NCBI GenBank assembly: GCA_024704765.1
Contig: JAKMXF010000188.1
Location: 491,015-555,014, forward strand
DNA length: 64,000 nt
Direction: 5' to 3'
Origin: Oopsacas minuta
Lineage: Eukaryota > Animalia > Porifera
Shown here: positions 37,238 through 50,000 of the stretch, one piece after another
Layout of the letters: every line of letters starts with the position of its first letter
How positions within the stretch are numbered: position 1 is the stretch's first letter
Notes under the pieces: generated by a model
Told to the model about the DNA's origin: nothing
Seen by the model: the letters and a program-made list of their open reading frames with translations, nothing else
Databases searched by the model: none
Position numbers and translations under genes: made by a program

Positions 37238-38058
37238 TTTGCTCCACCAATGTTTACTTCTTGAGTACTTTTAAGCAATCCTGTGGCATTATTTGTGTAT
37301 TCTAAAAGCTTCATGTGCTCATTTTCCTTTTTTTAAATGAGCTAAGGATTGGTTAAGATTTCCCGAATTATTTCGTTGAGATTTTTCGTGCCCCATTAGT
37401 AATTGTATGGAACCGCTAATAGTAGTATAAGGTTTTCGGTATCCTCCCGGGCCCTCACTTAGTCAAAATATGAGTTAGGAAATGACGGATACATAATTAT
37501 GAGGTGATTTCTGGTCCGGAAGTCTCTCAATATGTAGTCAAACATCTGTGAACATGATGACCTAGAAATATGTTTTGGCTAATTATTTAAAGATCAGTCT
37601 TAAAAACTGAGTAGGAATCGAGTAGATTTACATTCATACTTTAACAAACTGTAATTCACAATGTGCAACTGGAAAGTTTAAACTGTTCAACGGAGGACTC
37701 GAACCCGATTCCTACTCCGATTGAAACTTTTTTTGACTAACTAACGGCCCAGGAGGCTGTAGCCTTATAGCGTCATATAGTGTCCGTTCCACTATGGAGA
37801 CTACTTTGATCTCTTATCGCTCCTAAAGTATAAGTCGGATCATGAAGCTCAAAGAAGGAAAATGTAGTACATGAAGACATCTAGCATCTTCCACGAAATT
37901 AACATTTGCGACACAACGTAGATCTAAACCCAGGCTGAAGCCGCCTTACTCGTAATTCTGAATATGCCTTAGGAATCAATTGCTAACGAACTCAATTTTT
38001 ATTCTTTAGTACTCCCCTCATTAGCCTTTTCTTTATTTCCTCTCTGATACTATTGCCT

Positions 38059-41000
38059 ATGGCTGATCATAGGAAACAGATTCTTCTTTCTTCTATTCAA
38101 CAATATTTTGGTGATCAATTTGGTAAATCTCATTTTGTGGATATTTCAGAAAGTTCTCAGCTGAATTCTTTTCTAGATGATGCTAATACTAGTCTATTAC
38201 TGATTCAGTATTGTAATAATACAGGTGCTTGTACATTTGAGGCATTTAACTATTTAGATACTTCAGTTATTTTTGATAGATTGTTAGTATTTATCAAACC
38301 TGAACCTATGGTTTTATCTTTAGAGAATATGCGTTCTCAATTCTTAATGTGTAGTTTATTGGACTCTCCTATTGATTTCTTAAATCAAATTATTCAGAAA
38401 TTTTACCTCCCGAGTTTTTTTCAGCCTCATCATGGACAGGATTCTATACATCCTAATCTGCTTTACCTACTTTCACAAATTGAATCCCACTTGTCTTCTT
38501 CAGTGAGACATGAAATACATTATACAGGAACTTCTGTTGAAGGTAATGCTTCTACCCTTGAAGAAAGTAAAGAATTTCTATCACAAATTCATTCTCCTTT
38601 TGATGAACAACAACACTGGGTGAATATCTCGAAAGAAACTACATCACATGAATTGCGTGATCGGGCTCATTTTATCCAGCGTACTCTTTCTCCTGTGGTG
38701 AAAGAGTTTTCCTCTTTTCCATATGTCCTCTTACCTGAAATATTGGATTGCTTAGATTCTATTTTCATTTCTTTTGATGAAATTTGGACGAATATTGACA
38801 TTCAACCACCTTATCCTGAAATTCGAATGTCAAAGTTAATTCAAGTGTGTACTTCTTCGCTATTATGTGTTTTCAGTCAAAGATTCTCTATTCTGGGTGT
38901 TTGGTTTTCTGAAACTCCAATCATTAAGCAATCTTTGTTTATTATGCGTGAAATTTGTACCAAATGGCTAGAAAACTGTGTACTTTACACTGGTCATATT
39001 TGGAGGAAATTTCTGCAACATCCCTGGCAGGGTCCTGTTCTTTCAAATGATAGTGTTGATCTATTTGTTTCTCGTATTGATGAACTTACGAAATATCGTA
39101 ATATATATGAACAGACTCAAGAAATGCTTACTATTGATGAATGTGAGGCTAGTGAACTATTTTCTGTGTTTGATTCTTTTTCTGGCTTGTCACCTCTTCA
39201 ACTGAATCCACTTACAGATACTTTATGGATGAATGCTGTTTATCAATTTAATTTAAGGATGCGTCCTTCGGAAACCATTGTGGCTGAAAAAATTATTCAA
39301 AAAGTTAGACAAATTCAGTCTTTCCCTATGCATGTATTGAGAGAATTTGATTTTTATCATGAGATATTGCAACTTCCAATTGTTAAAGTCCAATTATCCA
39401 ATGAAAGGGAAAGTCTTTTGAGTCTTTTAATTCACTACATTAATAATCTGACACAACTTTTTGAGGGAAATAAACTTCTAGACTCCAATCAACATCATGT
39501 ATATCCTTTGTATTCTAAGAATTCTCATTGTATCATCAGCTCTCTTTTATTCCTTGCACAAACTTCGTCTGAAATACAATTTCTCCTTCAAGCCTGTCCA
39601 AAACATTTACAAGATCTAGCCAACTTTCACAGCTTTATGAATAATCTCACACAATTAAAGGAAAGGGTTTTTAGTCTTCAAAGTGAGCAATTTGAATCCT
39701 GGTGTAGAGATATACTTAATATGATTGATGAAATACAGTCGCCCTTTGTAATAAATTTCAATGTTAACTCTCTTGTGGAATTTGATTCCATAGATGGCCA
39801 TTTAATCGTTTTTTACCATGATAAACTAATTCAATTATTACGTGAAGTGCGTAATATTTCTGCTCTAGGCTTTGTTATTCCTTCAAATATTTTACGTATT
39901 TCATCTGTCGCTGAAAAGTATTTTCAGATTGGGATAATCCTAAAGCAAATAGCACAGTTTTATAATACTATACACAACCAAATAATTCCAAGTCAGCAGC
40001 CACTTTTAATTTCTTCTTCAGTTAAACTTGACGCCTTGCTTAGAAATTCAAACATTGAAGGAATCAATGTTCGACATGATAAGAAAATGCAAGTAGACTG
40101 GGAATCTCCTGTTGAGATTTATGACTATGTCTCAAAGCTACAAAAGTTTGTCGAAGCGTTTTCTTTAGAGAATCGTAGGCTTAGATGCTCCCATTTTCTT
40201 TTGATCGTGTTTGTGGAAAACCTCTATGGCCTGAACTTACTAGAACATCATTCCAAATGGAAGCACTCTCTTTCAGAAATTCGAGAACTTATTCACAGGG
40301 TTCAATTAGAGAATGGATATGATAATTCTCACATGCACGCTTGGCATTTTCATTGGGACTTTCAATTGTTTAAAGTATTGGAATATTGGTATACGCATTG
40401 CCTTCAGCATTTGCATGACTTACTACCTGATATCAAAATTGACCTAGTTGTTAGAAATGATTCTCTCATGTTCAGACCTCCATTAGAAGAAGTAAGATCT
40501 AGATATTTACGTGAAATACGACATTTTCTATGCATTCCTCGAACCTTTAGAGGTGTGACAACTCCTGAGAAAAATCCTGGAAAGCTGTATTCCCAGATTA
40601 TCGAACATAATTCAACTTATTTTTTGAATATATATAAACTGGGTGAAAATTTAATGATTCGCTTGCGGCGCGTTCTTTCCATTTACGAACCCTGGGTAGT
40701 TTTTGCAAGTGGGCTTTTTAATAACGTCCAGGAGGAATATTGTCGAACTGTTCATTCTTTTGAGAATTGCTTCAAGCTTCTCAAAGTCAAAGGTTATGAG
40801 GCAAGTAACTTACCGAATTCTATTAGGATTGAATGTATCTCTATTTCTGCAATACAGGCTAAATCTTCAATTGATGCAATGTTCCATCATTTATTTGACT
40901 TATCATTGATGTCTCTGAAAGATAGCCTGAAAGATAGGTATAACACAGTTAATACATTTATCTCTGATGCTGAATTGAAATTAAACGTTAAGCCACAAAA

Positions 41001-44000
41001 TATTGAAGAAGTATCCTTTGCTTATGGAATCCAAAAATGTTTGATACAGAAACGTGTTGAAATGCAATCTGTATTATTTGATTTACATGAAAGAAGCAAA
41101 CTACTCCGATTGATTGAAGGTTCTCAAAATTCTGATTACACTTCAATTAAACAGAATTTATCTTTACTGAATTCTAATTGGGATAAAATTGAAGTACTCA
41201 TTGAGGCTCAGGAGAATATAATTAATGGACAGATAGAAGTAATGAAAGATAGAACTAAGATGAAACAACATCAAATAACTATGAAAATCAGTAAATTTAG
41301 CGAAAAATGGTCAGTAGCTAGGTCAGACATAGCAGAAAATGTTCTTCAGTCTTCACTTGAAATAGAGGCAGAGGAACAATTCCAGTATCTTGCTGATTTT
41401 AATACTGAATTTAAAGAGATTTCCCAGTGTGTTGAAGAAATTGCGAATGAATGTGAATATCTCTCTATTTCCAAGCCTCAATTTCCAATTTTACAAGAGT
41501 TACAAGTTGATTATTGTAATTTTGAAACTGTCTGGAAACTATGGCATGAATTTATCATTGAATTACAAACTATAAGTTCTGAATTATGGTTGAATTACCG
41601 TTCTAAGTGTATTATATTTGGAACCTTTCTTAAGTCATGGGACGAAAAATGTAGAAAACATTTGCCAATCGATAAATACAGTATTCTAACAGCATTGATC
41701 TCTAAAATCTCTTCGTACTCAAAAATTCTCCCAGTATTCCATATTTTAAAAGGTGATAGTTACACACCTGAACACTGGTGTGAAATGTTTTGCATTATTG
41801 GTATACCAAAACATTTCACCTTCGAGAATATTGCTTTCCGTGAGTTTCTTACTGTTATTCCTGCAATCATCCAAAACGAACAAATAATAATAGATTTAAA
41901 TGTTAAAGCACTTGGTGAAGTCTCCATTAGGAATGCTATAAATGAGGTCGAATTATGGAGTGTTTCAGTGTCATTTTCACTATCTCCATATCTGCGAGCA
42001 ACTAACGAAGATATTACTATTTTAACCGATTTGAAGGAAACTGTTAATGAGGTTTCAGAGAATCTTTGTTTACTTCAATCTATTAAAGATTCAAAATATT
42101 TCAATATTTTTAAAGAAAGATCAATGATATGGGAAGATAAATTATTGAATATTGATTTGTATATTCAGAGGCTTATCGAAATACAGCGTAAGTGGTTGTA
42201 TTTAGAACCAATCTTTGGGAATGAATCATTTCCCAGAGAAAGGGACCGATTCAGACAGGTAGATAAATCATTCTGTTCAATTTTGGCTGGGATTAATAAG
42301 AGCCCTCTTTTATTTTCTTTACTCAAAGTGCAAGGATTACTCATCACCCTAGATGGATGCTTGGATCAACTTAATAGATGCCAAAAAGCTATGCTTGAAT
42401 ATATTGAGGAAAAGAGGAACTCTTTCCCTAGGTTTTTTTTTATTGGCGATGAAGACCTTCTTGAAATACTCGGTCAAACAAACAATTTTCAACTTATTCA
42501 AAACATTTTGCCAAAATTATTTGCTGGTATTAATACTGTCTCAATTATTGGTGATAATCCAAAATGTATCGAATCTATGAATAGCTTTTGTGGAGAAGTT
42601 GTATTTCTGTGCCATAACATTCAAATTTCTACTACTTTGGAAGTGTGGTTGACTCAGTTAACCAATGAAATGAACATTACCCTCTCAAATTCATTGTATA
42701 ATTGCTTAAGTTCAACTTATACTTGTACTAATTCAATTAATGATTCAATCTCTTCCCAAGTTCTCACATTATCAGAATTGATTCATTTTACTGATAGATG
42801 TGAGCAAGCTATTCCTCGTGGCGAGCTTTCGAAGGTTTTAACAGAACTAGAGTCTCAGCTGAAATATTTCGCAGAAAATAAATTCAATCCGAGAGAAAAT
42901 AGCTCCTTTAAAGTTCTAGAAATAAAACGGAAATCTCTAGTAATGGATAGCATACGTTGTATCGATATACTCAAATACCTACAAGTAGATCCTCTATGTA
43001 GCTCGATAAATGATTGGAAATGGAAAAAACAACTTCGCTATTATTTTTTTGATCAAACTCCTGAATGTAACATTTGTATGGTCGATGCTAGTTTCTCATA
43101 TTCCTTCGAATACTTAGGAGATCCTCAAAGGCTAGTACATACCAATCTAACAGATAAATGCTTCTTGACTTTGACACAAGGGATATGGCTTGGAATGGGG
43201 GGAAATCCCTACGGCCCAGCAGGGACAGGCAAAACAGAGTCAGTTAAGGCTTTAGGTGCTCTCCTAGGTAGACAGGTTTTGGTATTCAATTGTGATGAAG
43301 CAATTGATGTCAAGAGTATGAGTAGGATATTTATTGGAATTGTTAAGTGTGGTGCTTGGGGTTGTTTTGATGAGTTTAATCGCCTTAAAGAGACAGTATT
43401 ATCTGCACTTTCATTGCAGATTCATATTATTCAAGTAGCTATACAAGAAAAATCAACTTCAATACTACTTCTAGATGTCCAGGTTGAGTTAAATCCAAAT
43501 TCTGGAATATTTATTACACTTAATCCAGCAAGCAAAGGATATTGTGGTAGACAGAACCTACCTGATAATCTCAAACGTCTATTTCTTCCAATTGCCATGT
43601 CTAGACCGGACAATGATCGTATTGCAGAAGTTCTACTCTATTCAGAAGGCTTTGTCAATTCAAAGATATTAGCTACTAAGCTAGTTGGATTATTTAGTTT
43701 AGCGAAAGAGCTCCTCTCTTATCAAAATCATTATGATTGGGGACTAAGATCATTGAAAACTGTTTTGGAAGGGGCTGGAACGCTTTTGGAAAATGCGAGA
43801 ATACAATTTAGTGAGAATTTACATAATCACACGGCCGCTATGGAATTTCAGTTTATTATCCAATCTGTGAGGTATAATACTCTATCCAAGCTAACTCATT
43901 CTGATTGTCGTAGATTTAATGCACTAATTAGAGATTTCTTTCCAGGTATTGATATTGAGGATGTTCTTCACCAAGAATTAACTGCTAATCTTGAGAAATA

Positions 44001-47000
44001 TATTTTAGATAACGGTTTTTCTCCACTACCCAATCAAATTCAGAAATGTATTGAATTGTATCAGCAATTACAGCGTAAAATGGGCATATTGCTTATTGGA
44101 CCAAGTGGTTCAGGCAAAAGCTTTATTTGGAAAGCTCTTAAAGGTACATTGAATATGAAATCACAAAATATTATTTCTTATTGTGTCAATCCAAAGGCAG
44201 TAAGCCATTCATGTCTATTTGGTTCTTTGGATAACTATACTCGCGAATGGACTGACGGGATCATACCTCTTTATTCTCGAAAAATTGTTAAGGAACCTAT
44301 TGGTATTCATTCTTGGTTAGTATGTGATGGTGATATTGATACTGTATGGATAGAATCACTTAATTCAGTTCTAGACGATAATCGGCTATTAACTATGCAA
44401 TCTGGTGAGAGAATTCAATTCGGTCCAAATGTTAACTTTATCTTCGAAAGTCATAACCTTAATTCAGCTTCTCCTGCCACAATATCAAGGTTGGGAATGA
44501 TATTTCTTCGAAAAGAAGAAATAGATTATAGAGCTATTACCACTTCTTGGTTAGAACTTCATATTTCTCGATTCACAAAATCGCTACAAACTCTGATATT
44601 GAATTGTATTGAACAATATTTTTATTCTTGCCTAGACATTGTAATACATTCAGGGAATCTAGTTATTGAATGTAGCCAAGTTGGTCTTTTATATAATGGT
44701 TTATCACATGTTTTGTTAGTCAAAAGTAAGGAAGATTTCGCAATTGCTATGATTCGAGGATTCGGATCAAATTTGCATATTACGGCACGAACTCAATTTG
44801 CACGGGAAGTAATGGCGATGATGAATTTTTCTCTTCCAAATCCCGGTGAACCTTGTAATGTGTATTATGATTTAGATACATTTACTTTCAGATCTTATCA
44901 ATTTGATATTTCTCATAATCCTGAAATTGTATTTGCTGATGTGGAGTATAGTACAAATCCCATCTCTCCACTTATTCTCACTTCTCAGGTTCAAATGAAT
45001 ATAGATCTATTTCAAATATGGTTGAAATCAGATTATAATCCTAACTTTATTCTAGCAGGGCCTGATGGTTGTGGCAAAGAGGCACTATTACTTCATTGTA
45101 TTGGCACACTTTACTCAACAAAATTATTGTGTATCCATTGTAATTCAAATACTACACCCAATGAAATGAAAATAAAGTTATTTGATATGTGTATCTCTTA
45201 TACGTCTAATAGCGGAAGAGTATTACGTCCTAAAGATTGTGAAAGATTAATTGTTCTTATTAAAAGTATTAACTTACCTAAGCCAGACAAATGGGGTAGT
45301 GTACAGTTTATTTCATTTCTTCAACAAATGTCTACTTATAGTGGTTTTTATGATTCAAATTTTGAATGGATCACTGTAGAGAATATCCAAATCATTGCAA
45401 CATTATGTCCCGCTGAAAGATTTGGTCGTTATTCTGTTACAACACGCCTTACATCTATTTTCAGGATTTGCTATATTTCATATCTAGATCTGAAGAACTT
45501 GCATAGTATTTGTCAAAATTTGTTGGTTCCTATCCTAAAGACAAATATCCGTGAGCATTCAAATGAAAGTAGCATTTGCACTCGTATTACTATGTCACAA
45601 ATAGGAACATTAACTAGTTCCATGTTACATCTATACGAAAAATCTTGCAAGATTAATCAATCTCTATCGATAGTCTTTACTCCTAGACATCTAACCGAAT
45701 GGATGTATCAGTTCCAGCGTTATCTCTGCTCGAGTGAAAATGTTCCAACTATTGATGACGTTCTTCGTATTTGGATTTATGAGGCTAATAGAGTTTTTTG
45801 CGACAGGCTTTCTACTAGTGATTCCCGTGAAGAATTCAAGCGTATTTTAAATGAAATATTATCAAATGACTGGAACACAAATTTGAAATCATTGACCTCT
45901 TCACAAGAACTGTATTATATTTCCCCTTCTATAATTGAACCATTCTCTTTTCTAGGTTGTACGTTTACACGTCTTGTTCGTACTGATGAAAATGCATTAC
46001 ATGATATATTTAGCTCGATTGTATTGAACTATGGAAATGAGGTAGAAAATTTGGATGTATACATATTTCATGAAGTACTTTTACACTTTGCTCAGATTGA
46101 TCGTGTGATCAGCACACTAAGCGGTTCTCTTTTGCTTTGCGGAAAAAGTGGAGTTGGCCGACACTTAGCTCTAAAACTTGTTGCATTTTATCACAAGATT
46201 GAAATAATATCTCCACTTATTGGAAAAAGGTTCGGACTCAAGCAGTTTACGCAACTTTTGAAATCTGTTTTGTTAAAATGTGGCGTAGAAGATAAACAAG
46301 TTATATTTTCTATTGAAGATTATCAAATTTTAGATTCTCGATTCATGGACATTATTAATAGCCTACTTATCTCTTCTGAAGTTCCAGGTCTTTTTAGAAG
46401 AGATGAATTGACTTCTATTATCTCTTCAATACAAGAACAAGCATTAGAAGAAGGTTACATGGGGAACTTACAATCTTATTTTTACAAAAGAATAAAGCAA
46501 AATCTTCATATTGTACTTATTATTGATATATCTTCACATCGCTTTCCTTCAATCTTTGATGGAAATCCTGCTCTGTCTTCCAATTGCTCTTTGATCATTA
46601 TGGAGGATTGGTCTCCAGAATCAATCTGTTTGATCCCAAAACTGTGTTTTAAATCAATGAATTTGGATACAATAAACTCTCTTTCAATCTCATCATGGTG
46701 TGTAGATATCTTTTCATCAGTCAATACTTATTCACCTACTCCTAGAAGGTTTTTAGCTTTTCTTCATTTATTTTCAAAATTATACACCAAGGAATTGCAT
46801 TCTAATACGCATCAAATGACCAGATTGCTTGCAGGGTTACAGAAGATTAATGAAGCGTCTCAAAACGTCGAAATACTAAAATTGCATGCTGCACAGCAGG
46901 AGGTTCTTCTTTCTGAAAAGCAAAAAGAGGCATCTTCTGCTCTTCAGCTTGTTACAAACTCTATGGAGCAAGCCTCCTTACAGAAAATTGAAATGGAAGC

Positions 47001-50000
47001 ACTATCTCGAAATCAAGCTGAAGAACGTCGTCTATTAGAAGTTCGAAAACATTCTATTGAATTAGAACTTTCTGAAATAATGCCTCTGGTTCAACAAAGT
47101 AAAAGTGCTATTTCGGCATTAAATCCAGAATCTATACGCGAGATTAGAACTCTCCGCGCTCCGCCAGAGGTTATCAGAGATATTTTGGAAGGTGTACTTC
47201 GGCTAATGGGTATTTATGATACTTCCTGGAATAGTATGAAAGCATTTCTATCCAAAAGAGGAATAAAGGAGGATATTTGTCAATTAGATGTCAGAAATAT
47301 CTCTCACGAAATTCGCAATGGGGTTGAAGAGTTTATTAATAGTAGAAAGAAATCTTTCGAACCAAATATAGCTAAACGTGCTAGTGTTGCAGCTGCTCCT
47401 TTGGCTAGTTGGGTGATATCCACTTTAAAATATTCTCAGGTCTTGGAATCAATTAAACCTTTAGAAGATAAACAGAATAAATTGTCGAAAAACCTACTCA
47501 TTTCTGAAAAGAAAATAGAAAAACTTTCAATTGGATTATCAAATATTGATAAGGAGATTGCGCAATTAAAGACAAACTTTGAACAATATACTGAAGATGC
47601 AGCGAAACTAAAGCTTGATGTTTGTGCCACACAAACAATACTCAATACTAGTGAAAATCTAGTGAACAAACTTGACAATGAGAAAATCCGATGGACGATT
47701 CAACAAGACCTTTTACAAACCAAAAATTCAAACTTACTATCTCGGTGTTTACTCGCATCTTCATACATTTCATTCTTGGGATCTACTAATGAGACTGAGA
47801 GGGAAACTAAATCTTCTGAATGGAAGCTTGCCATCGATTATCAAGAGGATTTTAATATCACTACATTCCTTTCTAATGAGAATGAACATCTTTTTTGGCG
47901 GTATCAAGGGCTTCCAACTGATAATTTATCAGTTTGTAACGCGATAATACTTAAGAATACATTATTTTGTCCATACTTAATAGACCCCAGTCATAAAGCA
48001 TTCGGATGGCTTCGGGAGCATTTATCTGGAGAAAGGTTGGAAATTGTTAATTTCAACGATGATAAATTTACTACTATGTTAGAATTATCTGTTAGATTTG
48101 GAAAACGAATTATTATTCTTGACGTTGATGATATTGAACCTATATTATATCCTTTGATAAGACGAGAAATATATTTTAAAGGATCAAGTTCATTCGTATA
48201 TATTGGAGAGAAACAAGTTGACTTTAACAATGATTTTAAAATGTACTTAATCACCAGAAATCCAAACCCCAACATAAACGTCGATATACAATCCTGCCTA
48301 TCGATTATAAACTTTTCGTTTACTATCGCTGGACTCACTTCTCAATTATTGACTATAATAATATTGACAGAAAAACCAGAATTAGAAGTACAGAAGACGA
48401 ATATTCTTTCAAAGGAAGAAAAGTTGAGATGCGAGATTCTTTCATTAGAGGAAATTCTATTGAACGATTTAGCCTCATCAGAGGGGAATATACTGGAGAA
48501 TTCTAATTTATTGGCTTCATTGAATGAAACGAAAGAAAAAAGTACTAACATTTCCACTGCACTAATTGATAGCAAAGTTTTGCAAGATAATATTGACATT
48601 GAAAGAGATTACTTTTTACCACTTGCTCGTAAAGGCTCGCAGATATATGTAATCCTAGAAAATATGTCCCAAATTAACCATATGTATCGTTACAGTTTAG
48701 AATCATTTATCTCCCTCTTCAAACTGGCATTAGGATCTCAACAAGATAATCATAATCCGGACGCTAAATTATTTATCTATAGTGCCAATTTACAATCAAT
48801 TGTTTATGATTCGGTTTCACTTTCAGTATTTAAGAGAGACCTACTTACATTTGCATTACACTTTGTCCATGGGTTACACGAAAACTTATTCAACATAGGT
48901 GAGTGGGAATATTTTTGCGGAATATTTTCCTCTTACACAACTAATCAGGATATCTCCAGCGAGCTGAATTCAGAATATTATAATCAGAACATACCTTCAT
49001 GGTGTGGTTCAGATTGTGAAACTGCGATTAATAGGTTAAAATCTACATTTCCTTCTCTATACTCACTACTTGACTTACATAATGAAACGCTATGGTTAGA
49101 ATTTGCTCGTAGTACACAATGTGAACATCTCATTCCAGCCACTGTTATCAACCGTTTAACAGCATTTCAGAAATTGATAATAATACAATCTCTTCGCCCT
49201 GATTGCCTCAAGGCAGCAATAGAGGCTTTTTGTGGGAAAGTTCTGGGGTCTTCAAATATATGCTCACCTTCTCTTAATCTTAGGAAGATAATAACGGAAT
49301 CTGTTTCTAGTAATCCTATTCTTATTATGGTTTCTCCTGGTGCAGACCCTTCCCAAGAGTTGCAAGATATTGCAAGTGAGACAATAGGTCAGGAAAACTA
49401 TATTGAAATACCTATTGGCGAAGGGCAGGAAGATTATGTAATCCAAAGGTTGAAAGAATGCTCTGTTGTTGAGTGCTGGCTTTGTTTAAAGAATTTGCAC
49501 ATGGTAATTGACTTTGTACCAAATATTGAGAGATGTTACCGTCATTTAGAGAAACACAAGAATTTTCGGTTAATTTTGACTTCTGAACAACACAAATCAT
49601 TCTGTATAAACTTATTGAACATAAGTTTGAAAATATCTTACGAGATTCCTTTAGGTGTGAAAAATAATATGATTAGGACATATCAGCACTGGAGTTCTGA
49701 GTATATTTCTCAGGGCAATAACCCAAAGAGATCGAAATTGCTTTTCGCTCTTACATGGTTTCATGTAGTTCTTCAAGAACGTTGTAATTTTATTCCTCAA
49801 GGTTGGTCCCAGTTTTACGATTTCTCATTGTCTGATCTTCGAGCCGCAGCAAAATTTGTTGATAAAATTTGTATTTCGAGGACTCCAGAATTTTGTGGCA
49901 CTCAGTGGTGGGAATTCATTCATGGGATTTTAGAGAATGCAATTTTTGGCGGTAGAATTGACAATACAATGGATATGAGGATTTACACTTCGTTTCTTAA

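Noticed and set aside
37685-37801. Functional tRNA gene
   Set aside because: A- and B-box-like motifs are present, but the acceptor and T stems do not pair convincingly
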